DNA from: Marsupella aquatica
Taxonomy: Eukaryota > Plantae > Marchantiophyta
Length of the DNA stretch: 64,000 bases
Assembly (NCBI GenBank): GCA_973895155.1
Contig: OZ316891.1
Span: 23,185,799-23,249,798, forward strand
Direction of reading: 5' to 3'
Under the pieces are notes generated by a model. The model did not search any database, had not been told where the DNA came from, and was given only the letters and a program-made list of their open reading frames with translations. A program made the position numbers and the translations under genes. This document shows positions 53,030-64,000 of this stretch, one piece after another (the stretch's first letter is position 1; the number at the start of each line of letters is the position of its first letter).

Positions 53030-56000
53030 CTAGATCCTGACACGAACACAAAGATTTAAATCAGGGAATCCCGAGCCAGGTTTGGAGCCAGCTTTGTGAG
53101 GGGCTTGTGTCGCATAACCTTTAATGAAAATACAAACTAAGGTCACAAGAAAGGTTAGAGGACATGGATGGATGCAAATCAATCTCAAGTTCTAGATGTC
53201 ATTCGGCAAGTCTGTCGACTCCCTTCGCTCGAATTCTTCAGACTGGGCTGGATAAGAGGCTCCATTCCAAAGGCAAATGCACGGACTAGCTGTACCAAAC
53301 TCTGTCAAATTAAGGTCAAGTATATGGGTACTTACATGTAAGTCGTAGTGAGATGATGAACGCAGATGCACGAAATCAGCTTGGCCATTTCAATCCCCGG
53401 ACAAATATGAGGCCCAGAACTGAATGGCATGTAACTGTATGGTTTCGGAGTCACCTGCAGAAGTTTCCCAAATCGAAAGAGGTCGATCAATTCTACTGAG
53501 TGAAAGTCTTCAGGCCGGTCAGGTACACCAACTCATTGAGGAAAACAAATTAAATCTGTGATCGTTTAGTTGTCAGTAACATCATATCTTTCAATCAAAA
53601 CCTGACTGAGGACGAAGGTAGTAGTACAGTACTCACATCGAACCGATCGGGGTTGAAACTAACATCGGGATAATTGCCAGGATCCGTGTGAATGAAATTA
53701 GTCAACGGGGTCACGCTCCAGCCCTTTGGTATTAGATGACCTGCATGAATCAATAGACTTTTATGATCTTAATATGTGAACGTGGCACGAGTTTCTTCTC
53801 GAACGTATAATTTCATGACTCGCTCATAGAGCTACTACATGTTTTTGTCGAAGAATCAGCTTATATTTCTTGAGAAGCGTGTGCTGGCAAGGGCCTTTAG
53901 AGCTTGATTAATCTGAACGTACCTACATTGAATCCGAACCTAGATATGCATGAAGCTGACAAATTTTGCTGGCTGGGTGCGTGGGAACTCAAACGCTATG
54001 CATTAGCAATTAATCCCATTCAAGAACAACACGCGTAGCTTGCAATAGTAGGATCAGTCACCTTCAAGCTCAAATCACTCACCCTCAAACTTAACGTCTT
54101 CGGTTGCCTCCTTAAAAAGAACAGGGAGGAGTGTAGTGGTTCTGTGGACTTCGTTGAAGAACTGCATCCGGTAGTTCAGAAGTAATTATTTAAGTATGCC
54201 AATCGCTTGAACTTTCTAGAGTTCTGGTCAACTATGCATCTAATTCTATGTAGGATTGTAGCGGAATTTACCTGCCTACCATGCGCAAGCATGGACCCGG
54301 TCTCTAGATAGCTTCATATTCGACCAAAGCCCAGTATAATGGCAATCCACTTCGTTTATAACTTCTAACACCCGCAAGCATGGACCCGGTTTCTAAATAG
54401 CTTCATATTCGACCAATGGCAATCCACTTCGTTTATGACTTCATATTAGACTAGTGTTCATTATATTTTCAGTACACTAGGGAATCAACTTTGTTTGGTT
54501 GTCCAGGGATAATCATGCATGTTACCTTACGAGTGTAAACCATTTTTCTCATATCGTCCCAAGTAAGCCTGGGCCCTTCTACGGAAGGGTCCTTGTTTTT
54601 GAGAATCTGTTGGTGCTCAGCCTGCTCACATAGTATGAGGGTTAGTATTGTAGAAGATCTGAGAAGAATAGAAGAGATAAAAGCTGAGAACGACATTGTG
54701 CTATAATATTTCAACAAAATACCATTTATGACGTTCAAATATTCTACTGCCATTTCAAGCTCCAGACCTCTAGATATCCGAAAGGCCATGCCAGATTCAA
54801 ACCGAGAAGCAAAGCATGCTCCGTACCTGGCAACGGCGAAAGACCTCCGGATAGTCAATCAGATACTTAAGGATCCATACAAGAGTCGTCGTGGTAGTGT
54901 CAGAAGCAGCGAAGTTTATCAAAAACATGTTCTCGGCAAGCGTGAAATCATCGAGATGCTTCAGCTCTTCTAGCCCTTCAGGGTCATCCCGAGCTGCCAG
55001 TAGAGCTCCGAAGAAAACGCCCTCGAAAGTCTTCTGGCCCTTCGTCGACTCAATCAGAGTTTGGAAGTATGCTACCAAATTTGCCCGTGCCTGATGAAGA
55101 CAACAACCAATCAATCAAATGAGGTGTTGAGGACAACACAAATGCACAGATTCGTTCCCGTCCAAAATTATCATTCTCGACCTCGCTTTCGAATACTCCG
55201 GGAATGATTTCAGATTTGACAAAGTCTTCGTTGTTGAAATCTATCTACCTGTATCTGACTTAGCCTTCAGTTGGCCGAGCAGTGTTCAAGAGCCTCGGGC
55301 AAGATCTCAACTTCAAGTCCAAACTTAGCCTCCGGCAGGATTCAATTCCAAGTCCAAACTGCTGGCCAAGCATCCGACAGTTTTCGTACCTTCATGCCTG
55401 TGCTAAACGTCGTTCCTGGAAGATTCACTGGCATTGCTGTCAATGTCCGCGAGGCCTTATTAAAGTCTTCCAAATTCTTCCTTCCTTGTGGTGAGCTACT
55501 ACTGTTCCTATCTCCGAATAGGACCCAGTTGGCAGCATCCCACGTAAGCTGCCAGTTGACATAAACGACACATCAGTGCCGAAGTTAAATTTCAAGAATC
55601 TTAAGAGAATAAAATTAAGACGGGAGAGTTAATTTGAAGAATACCGCAGACGAATTGAACAAGAAGAGAAATCGCACAGAAGTACTAAGCACTCGAAAAA
55701 GAAAACGAATGCGCTGAAGAATATATAACGAAAATGAATTGAACAGAGTGATTAAAGAAAGAAAGCTCTAGTAAGGATTGAAAATGAACGGCCCACTTTT
55801 TGCACTGCACCACGTGCAACAACAGTCCCAGCGCGCACCCACGAGGCCATGTGTTCGAGAAGAATGCTCTCAAAACTATGGACCTGATCCCGGAGACCTT
55901 CTGGACCAACAGATTTCAGGATCAACTTCTTGACAGACATATGCCGTGGACCCTCCTGGAGCATAAACGTCTCGGGTCCAATGCTTCGCTTGAAGCTTTC

Positions 56001-56935
56001 GGGGTATGCCCGTTTGAAGAGGTGAGGGTTCGTATTGACGAATTTGACGAAATCCGGAGTTGTTCCACATATCGTTGGCCGTAGAAATACGTTCGTTTTA
56101 AACGTATTTCCATACCTGCATTCATCAAGTCACAACTTTCAGCCAAGTGCTGAAGATGTTCTAAACATCCCCACTTGCTACCAGTTCCTTTGTAATTTGC
56201 AATTGAATCGCTGCCCCCCAATAGTCTGACATCAACCCGAGCTGTTGACCATTCGAAGCCGTGGCGCTTAGATATTTCAGACTAGTCCACTTAAATATGT
56301 CAGACTAGTCTTTGAACGGGGGACATGCATCCTCCTACATAGGGACATTGCCCACCAAAATTTCTTCCTTCACTTTCGCTAGTGAACTGGACGCATTTCT
56401 CCCGACTGGGAGAGAGTGAGTGACAAGCTAGAAAGCGAGATGACAAGCCACAAAGCAAGATGCCGAAGGGACATATTGCAGGAATGATTGAGTTGCTAGC
56501 TAGCTTGCCCTTGTCTAAGTGCCCACGTACCATTTTAGGCAAGGAGAGATCCATAATGATAATGATGGGACATCATTGAGCAGGCGCCAAGCCAAAATCA
56601 TTACATGAACAAGAGATCTACCTGCAGAAGCCAATTCAAGACCATGACTGTTCAATTCATGAATAAGAGATTAATTACCTGCTGACGCGAGAATAAGCAA
56701 ATTCTTTTGGATCACGGAGCAAGTCGAATGATTCCCCAACGATAGGCCAGCCCAGCGAGCCTTTGGGCAGCACGGCATCGGTCCTTCGCAATGAGTACAG
56801 AGTGTACGATCGCTGCGCCCACAGCAGAATAGCCCCGCCCAGCACCACGGCCAGCACTATCGATAATGATGTCGACAGCCCTGAGTCCCCCATCTCTGCG
56901 TATCTCCAAAATGTGGACAGCACCGACTCCCCCAT
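53030..56935 (-). CDS. Cytochrome P450, CYP85 clan, 9 exons, apparently intact
   Basis: Exons 56935-56679, 56115-55797, 55548-55390, 55090-54827, 54621-54526, 54161-54083, 53740-53637, 53454-53336 and ~53118-53030, joined by GT-AG introns in frame. Has a TM anchor, PKGSLGWPIVGE, I-helix AASDTT, EVHR, FNPDRF and heme motif FSSGPHICPG. The last exon is the least certain. Confidence 0.92.
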
Positions 56936-58287
56936 CGCTGTGACTGTCTCAAGCTTGAGAACTTAGACTCGCCACAGGTGCTGGACTAAGTCAGTGAGAT
57001 GTGTGTGCAATTTTTAAATCCACAGTTCTTGTAGCTTGAATGTACTCTGGAAGCACAATCCTTGAAACAGAATTCTCGTGTGCTCTTCTTCAGATGTGAA
57101 TTGTTTTCAGTGTTTTATCTCCCACCGACGTCGCAGGACCCAGAGCTCTCTGGTGTCACACCGAAGAAGAAAAAGCCGCTAACACCTTACCTAAGCCCCT
57201 TTGTCATTGGTCACCCACGCATCCACAATCGCACTATTTGACTAACCTTCATGCTGGTCGCATAATTGCACCGGTCATTACCAACCCATAATCAAACGCA
57301 ACAATTGCATTGACATTATGTTGTCGATTCCGCCAGACCTCGTTTGTCGGTACTCATTTGTAAGAAAATGATGCTCCCTTGGACCCTGATTTGTAAGAAA
57401 ACGAGGTTCCCTTGGACCTAAAGGTTGGTCTTTTGAAACCACATGGAACACGTTTCTAATTGTAATAACTTCATGCTCATAAATTCAATATTTTTTTGTT
57501 TTGAGCATGTGCTAGAGGGGTAGGTAAGCTACAATTCCATGAAAGTGACCTTGAATTTTTGGCCATTTTGGTTGAAGTATTCATCATGGAATGCCAAGGG
57601 GTAAATTATATTATATTAATTTTCATTGTGTTAATATGAAATATTAGGGCTTATGTTTTGTTTTGTCTCCTCCTTCTCTAGTTGCCCTTGCAGGTGAAAA
57701 CTAAAAATAATTTTAAGATTTATAATCATCAAGATACAAGCCCAAAATTCCCAGGGACCACCAAAATGTGGTCCATGGGAGCACTATGTCTAACATGGTG
57801 GTCCATCCAGGCTTCACTTTCAATTTGCATTCATTGTAACCATTATTCTGTAGGTAAGAATTTAAAGTCATTGTTTTGTGCATAATTGACATCATGAGCT
57901 AGCCAGGAATGATGGAATGACATCAATAGGAATGATTACTCATGGTTCTTTCCGTTTGCAAATTTTGGGCAAATTTTGGTGGGACCTAGAGTCACTGTCT
58001 AGAGGTCTCACTGTAGAAGCCTGGGCCTCAACTCTAGCTTATGTTGACAATTTATTAGTAAGATTTTCCAGTCATGTTATAGTCGCCTCTCATCACGTAC
58101 TATGTTCCTTAAAGAACTTTGTACATTTGGGCACTTACATACACACTTTTGGACATAAGAATTGTATATTCGGGTGAAGAAAAATGAACATTTGTGTTGC
58201 ATAAAATGTAGGTTTGGGCCTAGAAATTTGTAAATTTTGGCAAAGAAAATATTAATTTGGATAATTTGGTCTCATGGCACTCACTCA

Positions 58288-58652
58288 GAGGCTTTACACC
58301 GTGCTAGGAAACAGGAAACAGATTTACTGTTATGAGCAAAACTTTACTGTTACGAACAAAAATAAAATATAAAAAATGTCTCAATAAAAACTTAAATTTT
58401 TCAAAATATTTTTAAAAATGATCATTTTTTACTAGCGCCAGGCGCTACTATTACTAGTAGTAGTAGTAGCCTAGGCGCTACTATTACTACTAGTAATAGT
58501 AGTAATAGTGGCGCTAGTAAAAAAATGTCAAAAATACAAACCAAAAAAAATAAAATAATTCCAAAAAAACAATTCTCAAAAAATTCTCATCCATTTGCTC
58601 TTTATTGTTTGCTATTTCCCTTTTCCTGTTTCCTAGCACGGTGATTATACCC
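58288..58652. mobile_element. 365-bp MITE of the element A family
   Basis: TIR core CACCGTGCTAGGAAACAGGAAA at both ends; TSD CTCACTCA at 58280-58287 and 58653-58660; left end matches 10543; contains TAGCGCCAGGCGCTA at 58433. Confidence 0.9.
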
Positions 58653-61377
58653 CTCACTCACCTGGCCAGTGAAAGGATGTTTGAAATACCACATTGAACT
58701 TACATTCAAAGTGGGGCTTTTAGGCTCAAACATTTCAGTTTTGAACTAGATCCACATTTCAGCTTTGAACTACATTCAGGATTAGTGTTTCAACAAATGA
58801 CTCACATTCCAAATTTAAGAGTCAAGTTTTAACTCACATAAATCATTCGCAAGGTAACACCCCAATTCTCTGTTGCAGTAGAGATCCCCAAAACGGGATT
58901 GTCATTGCCTTAGTATTATACTGCAACAAACAGGTAGGAACTAGTTGTTGGTTGCCGTTTAGGATGATTTTTTGGTTGGTGTTGTCGTCGGTAGTCTAAA
59001 CAACAATCAAATGCTTCAACTTCCACTTTCAGTCGCTCCACATACAGTTCAAGTACTACAGGAGTCATTCCTGAAACAGATTTTGTGACAGAAAGAGAGC
59101 GCGATGTCCTCCTCGGTAGTTCAGAGCGACCGCATTCAGATCGATATACTCACATTCACAGTCCCTCCATTGATTTTTCATACTCTTGGGTTCATTGGAG
59201 GCTTGAGACGCCCTTGACGAAGCTTTTTTTGAACATTCATTTTCAGACAGTGTTGTAGACTCTCTGCCTAACTACATTCGATTTGTCCCTCCCTCAGTAC
59301 ACTTCAGAATTCCCCCAGATTCTGCATTCAAGTTGAAAAGCCAAGTCTTTGTCCGACCCTTACTGTCCTCCTTCGGGGTCTCTATATACTGAGGCTCCCG
59401 AGAATAGCTACTCCTTGCATACAGCATCCTAGTTAATCAGATTATAGAATAATTAAGGACCATGTCATCAGCGTCACAGTTGGGTTAGTTCTACATAGCA
59501 GCGTGACTGTGCTTTTGGGGGGTTTGGGTATGGAATGAAGAGAGAAGGGTGGGGTACTCTGCTTGGAGAACTCTATACACAGTTTGGGAACTCTATACAC
59601 AGTTTGGGTTCGATTTCCCACCATAGGCTTTGATCCCATTACCTTAAATAGAACTATGGCAACAACTCAGATTCATTAAAAGTGTGCATAGCTAAAGCAT
59701 GGCAGGATCAGATTCAAAGTAGTGTGCATACCAGCTATAGCATCTGCAAAATATTTTGGCTGAGTTGCATGTTATTCAATAAAGAGTGCAATCTGCTGTC
59801 CTAGAGAACATGTTTTGGCTACGAGTTGTGGCAGTGTGCAAGTTTTGAGCCTTCTTTCACTACTGTTTTGCAACTGATGGCTTGGAAATTTTTTAGACAT
59901 TGCTAATCCTTGGCCAAAATATAAACTTTAATACTTTCAAAAGGGGAAATATGTTCAGCATCCAGAAGATCTAATTTTTTTGACTAATGGGATGTGGAAA
60001 CCATTCTTATCACATTTTTGGGAGAAATGTCTATTGCAAAACCTCATTAAAAACTTAATTTGTCTAAAAACAATTTGACAGAGAAAATTGTAAAATTTGT
60101 GGTTTGCCATTTAGCATTGTTGGAAAAATAGCAATGTCGGAACAATGTCTAATATCTGTTCTCCTATTTTTGTTACTTTTTCATTTCAAAAATAATGCAT
60201 ACATTGCAAAGTCAGTGTTTATATCAGAATGTTCACAACATTCTTAAATTTGCATCACAAAATCAGTTGATGTTCATAAGCACCCTGAAATTTTTTGTTA
60301 GTCAGGTATAAAATAGGATTAATTATAATTCAAAAAGTAAGTGAATTGGTTACAAGTCAGATTGAGGTTTAAATTTTGCCCTTACTCTTTGTTATTTGAC
60401 ATGTTATTTTTTAATTTTCTCAAGCTTTTACCATTCCTGGGTCTAACCATTTTTTGGGTGTTGCAACATACACAAACAGCCATGCGTAATTGTTGCCATA
60501 AACGTCATCATTTGTGCTTGTGACAAAAACTGCTGAAATGGTGCAACCGTAGGCCAGGAATTTGGAATGGACTTATCATGGGGGTCCGTAAAGCTAATTA
60601 GCTCAAATACCAGTGCTTACAAAGAGGAATTCGCAGGGCTCCCTGCACCCACCTGGATGCCTCTTCATGTCTCTTCTCACAAGCATAGTCTAAATATCAA
60701 CCAAAAAATGACATGCGGTTCACTTGCCTGAGTAGGTCATGACCGGTAGACTTTGATCGCAAATTATACTATAGATAGAAAATGAACACCAAGTTTTGAT
60801 GCATAGTCTTCTCCAGTATGACTGCTCTGATCTGTTTGGCATCTCAGAATATCTTTGGAAGGATAGGCCTTAAATAGGAATGGAACATAGCTACTTTCCA
60901 TTGACTGAAATGTTGAGCTACAAACTTTTGCCAGAAAACAGCAAAATTCTGTTACATGTTACCCAAAGTGTTCACTCTCTCAGATTCAGGAAAGCCGTGT
61001 CTATTCATCACTATGAATGGTGCAGACACTGGAAAGTGTAGCTTCCTTGTGCAAGGCACACACGTGCATGTGCAGACGAACAATGATGAAGCTATTGAGC
61101 TTTTATTTAAAAATGACTTTGAAATGAATGAAAACAATACAAGCACATAGAGCCCCCTGGTCGCTATGTTCTCTCGAAGAACCTCGTTCTAGGAGGCAAA
61201 GCTAATTAAAACCTGCCCAGTGAGAGATTCTTCAGCAATTTTGGCCTGATCTATAAGCTACGAGTTCAGTTCTATTTAGTGAATACTTTAGATAGTAGAC
61301 ACTATTTAGCCAACACTTACAATTAATCATGTCTTACAGGGGGTGGGGGTCTATGCTAACGTAGAGTTTTATGGGCT

Positions 61378-62460
61378 TCAGAAATATTCGCCATGATACC
61401 AATCACCCAGGAGCTCCTTGAAGCGGTAGCGGCTTCCACCAAGGTGCCAGCTGATGTATCCCTGGTAATACTGCTGAATTTTTTTCTTCCATTCTAGAGA
61501 GCCACTCTCTTCAATGATGGCCATGACGCGAATCCGTTGGTCCACCAAGTAGTCTGCTACATCCCTCAGGGCGTCCAGACGGCTCAGCTTTTTCACCTTG
61601 GCATTGATGAGAATAGCGATGGCGGTCTCCCCGTCCTGCACCTCCTTGTAGAACGACAGCACGTCGTTGATGAGGTTGAAGCCTTCGACCATCTCCGGCA
61701 CCAGCGGGTAGAGGTAGTTGTAGTAGAAACGATCGTCCGTCTTCTGCGAGGTATTGCTACCGCTGGTGTCCATGATGACGTAGCTCGCGTAGGCTTCCGA
61801 AATCCCCGACTTATAGCGGAGGAAGTTGCAGAAGAGGCGCATCTCTGGCATGTAGTTTATGGGGTTCTCGTGGTAGTGTACCTCCAACAGGTTGCCCTGC
61901 AGAAAGTCTAAGGTGGATTTCACCAGAATGCTCAGCGTGCGAGGATGTGCCGGGAAGAAGGGATTCTGCTCCGTCCGCAGGTAGTGCATGAGGTCCATAA
62001 GCACCGGGTGCAGATCTCCTCGACCGGGGTAGGCTGCGGCATACCCTTGCGGGTCACACATCTTCATCTGAAACAACGCAAGGTCCTTCACGAACACATC
62101 CTTAGCTTCGCCGGTGAGGCTCTGCGACAAGTCGTCGATTGTTATCGTCAGAGCCGTGAGGTGCGCGAGAGTCACCTGCACGTCCACGGGGTGGAGCTTG
62201 ATGACGAGCCCCGGAAAGCCGGAGCTAACTCTGATCACTTCAGGATCTATGTAGGACCCGCAAAGGGCGGTGACCGCGGCACCGACTTGGAGGCAGCTAT
62301 CGGGTCTGCAGGCGTCTGCAGAGTTGTCGAAGCACATTCGGTCCAGGAAGTCCAGGTAGATGGAGCGCAGTTCATCAGTGAAGGGCCCTGCATCCGGCTG
62401 GCTAACAAGAGAGTTGTGAGTTTCACTTTGAGGAGAAGCCATGGCTACGTACGCACTCAC
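61378..62460 (-). CDS. Microbial terpene synthase-like protein (MTPSL, trichodiene-synthase-like), intronless
   Basis: 360-aa ORF with ITIDDLS, LRYKSGISEAY, NSE motif INDVLSFYKE and C-terminal RYR. Confidence 0.9.
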   Translation of the reverse strand: MSAYVAMASPQSETHNSLVSQPDAGPFTDELRSIYLDFLDRMCFDNSADACRPDSCLQVGAAVTALCGSYIDPEVIRVSSGFPGLVIKLHPVDVQVTLAHLTALTITIDDLSQSLTGEAKDVFVKDLALFQMKMCDPQGYAAAYPGRGDLHPVLMDLMHYLRTEQNPFFPAHPRTLSILVKSTLDFLQGNLLEVHYHENPINYMPEMRLFCNFLRYKSGISEAYASYVIMDTSGSNTSQKTDDRFYYNYLYPLVPEMVEGFNLINDVLSFYKEVQDGETAIAILINAKVKKLSRLDALRDVADYLVDQRIRVMAIIEESGSLEWKKKIQQYYQGYISWHLGGSRYRFKELLGDWYHGEYF

Positions 62461-63079
62461 AAGTGCTGGAATCTTGTTGCAAGCTCAAAAACCAACGGAG
62501 AGCCTGGCAGGCTGGAGATCAAACACAATGAGAACTGGTTGCGAATGACTGGTGGCCGCAACCGAGGGCTTTTCAATTGAGGGACCTTACAGAACGAGAA
62601 CAAAAGTTGTCAGGTCACTCATGTTTAGATCTTACTACACTCAGGACATATACCTAACCCACAAGTCCATTTAAAGTGTCTCCTGACAAAAAAGGTGGTC
62701 AGGTCATGAATATAATGACAAAAAAGTGGCCAGGTAATGAATATAATGAAGTCTAAATTTTGGCCAAACTACCGCATGTGCATTTTGTCCTTTCAAAACA
62801 TCACCCCCATAGATGAACTAAACTTTGGCCAAAACTACCACATAAGTATTTTGGGGACCCAACTTTGTCCAAAATGAACACAAGTATTTGGGGGAACCAC
62901 ACCAGCCCAAGTAGGGTTCCGAGAAGTCCGGTGCACAAGTGATCTGATTGGGAGAAGTCCAGTACACAAGTGATCTGATTGGGGCCCTTCCCCCTTTTTC
63001 CTTCCCTTCATTAGGTTGCTTTGCCATTGGGATCATGTTTCCCGGTTCGGCATTTTTTGCCCTTGGGCAGTGTGATATA

Positions 63080-63300
63080 TAGTACACAAGTGATCTCTCA
63101 ATTTCATGTGAAGCCCATAAGTGGTCTCTTAATTTCATGTAAAGCCAAAGTGGAGTACAAAAGAGATCTCTCAATGTCATGTGAAGCCGACAAGTGGTCT
63201 CTTAATTTCATGTAAAGCCAAAGTGGAGTACACAAGTGATCTCTCAATTTCATGTGGAGCCCACAAGTGGTCTCTTAATTTCATGTAAAGCCAAGGTGGA
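63080..63300. repeat. ~73-bp tandem repeat (3 units) upstream of the MTPSL gene
   Basis: Unit GTACACAAGTGATCTCTCAATTTCATGTGAAGCCCACAAGTGGTCTCTTAATTTCATGTAAAGCCAAAGTGGA. Confidence 0.85.
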
Positions 63301-64000
63301 CTGGTCACTTTGATGTGAATGGGTGTTGGGTGTTGCGATTGAAGTAGACTGGTCACTTTGATACGAATGGTTGTTATGATGAAATCTAAATGCACCTTGG
63401 TTTCTATCACTTGTGGTGCGTCTGCGCTCCCCTTCAGAAGTTTTGGGGCTCGATTGTCATCCAATTTGGTGGCCTACTCCGACAAGCAAAATCCCGCGCT
63501 TCCCGAGCATCAGTCATAATGACAGGCCTCAACAGAACGTCCAGGTACTGGTGATGCGGATCTGGCAGTCCGGGGGAAGCAACTATTTTTCGTCACCAGC
63601 CTGCTCTTCAACCCATGCGGTTTAGACCGATCACAGCATTTTTAGGCCACCAAATTAGAAGAGTCTTCTCTGCGGACATTCCCTCACCTCCAACAATTGG
63701 AAGTGTTATTGGGGCATTAATACCGACGACTTGGGCAGGGAAAGGTTCATAATTTCAGTTCCTACCCGTGTGTTGATGGCTACCTTCTCACCAGTCCAGA
63801 TCGATGTCAACTCTTTTACTTCTGAAGGGTTGGTGGCCCTAGTTGATATTGACAATCCCTTCTCAGCCCGTGGGTGGGTCCGAGGGTGAGTGCCGCTCGG
63901 CATTTTGTTAGTGGCCAAAATTTGTCAAATTCCACCTCCCCCAAAAGTGGCTAGCTTTAGCCACTTTTGGCTAAAATTCATTCATATTTTTCTGTCTCAT

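Noticed and set aside
61537-62580. Plus-strand ORFs of 124 and 211 aa
   Set aside because: They are antisense shadows of the GC-rich MTPSL CDS.

Overview
Intron-containing eukaryotic DNA, most likely a non-seed land plant such as a liverwort (inferred from the microbial-type terpene synthase and the transposon types). About 1-52.4 kb is a nest of mostly decayed transposons: CACTA elements, two divergent MULE/SWIM elements, a Sola/DUF7869-like element, two copies of a TG...CA element, and six short TIR elements with 8-bp TSDs. About 53-62.5 kb holds two apparently intact host genes side by side: a 9-exon CYP85-clan cytochrome P450 and an intronless microbial terpene synthase-like (MTPSL) gene. 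The main signal is the cargo of the DNA transposons. Three divergent copies of a large spliced gene (N-terminal ParB/Srx-like domain, C-terminal N4/N6 amino-methyltransferase-like fold) each lie head-to-head with a transposase. Each host element is also seeded with its own short motif, almost entirely in introns and intergenic DNA: TAGCGCCWGGCGCTA in A, TAGCGANNTCGCTA in B and a 27-bp GGACCATCC unit in C. Other cargo includes a transposase-associated-domain/SET fusion and an FCP1-like phosphatase domain. Together this suggests a transposon-borne protein-plus-cognate-site chromatin or anti-silencing system, which remains a hypothesis. All domain calls were made by eye from motifs; no database searches were run.
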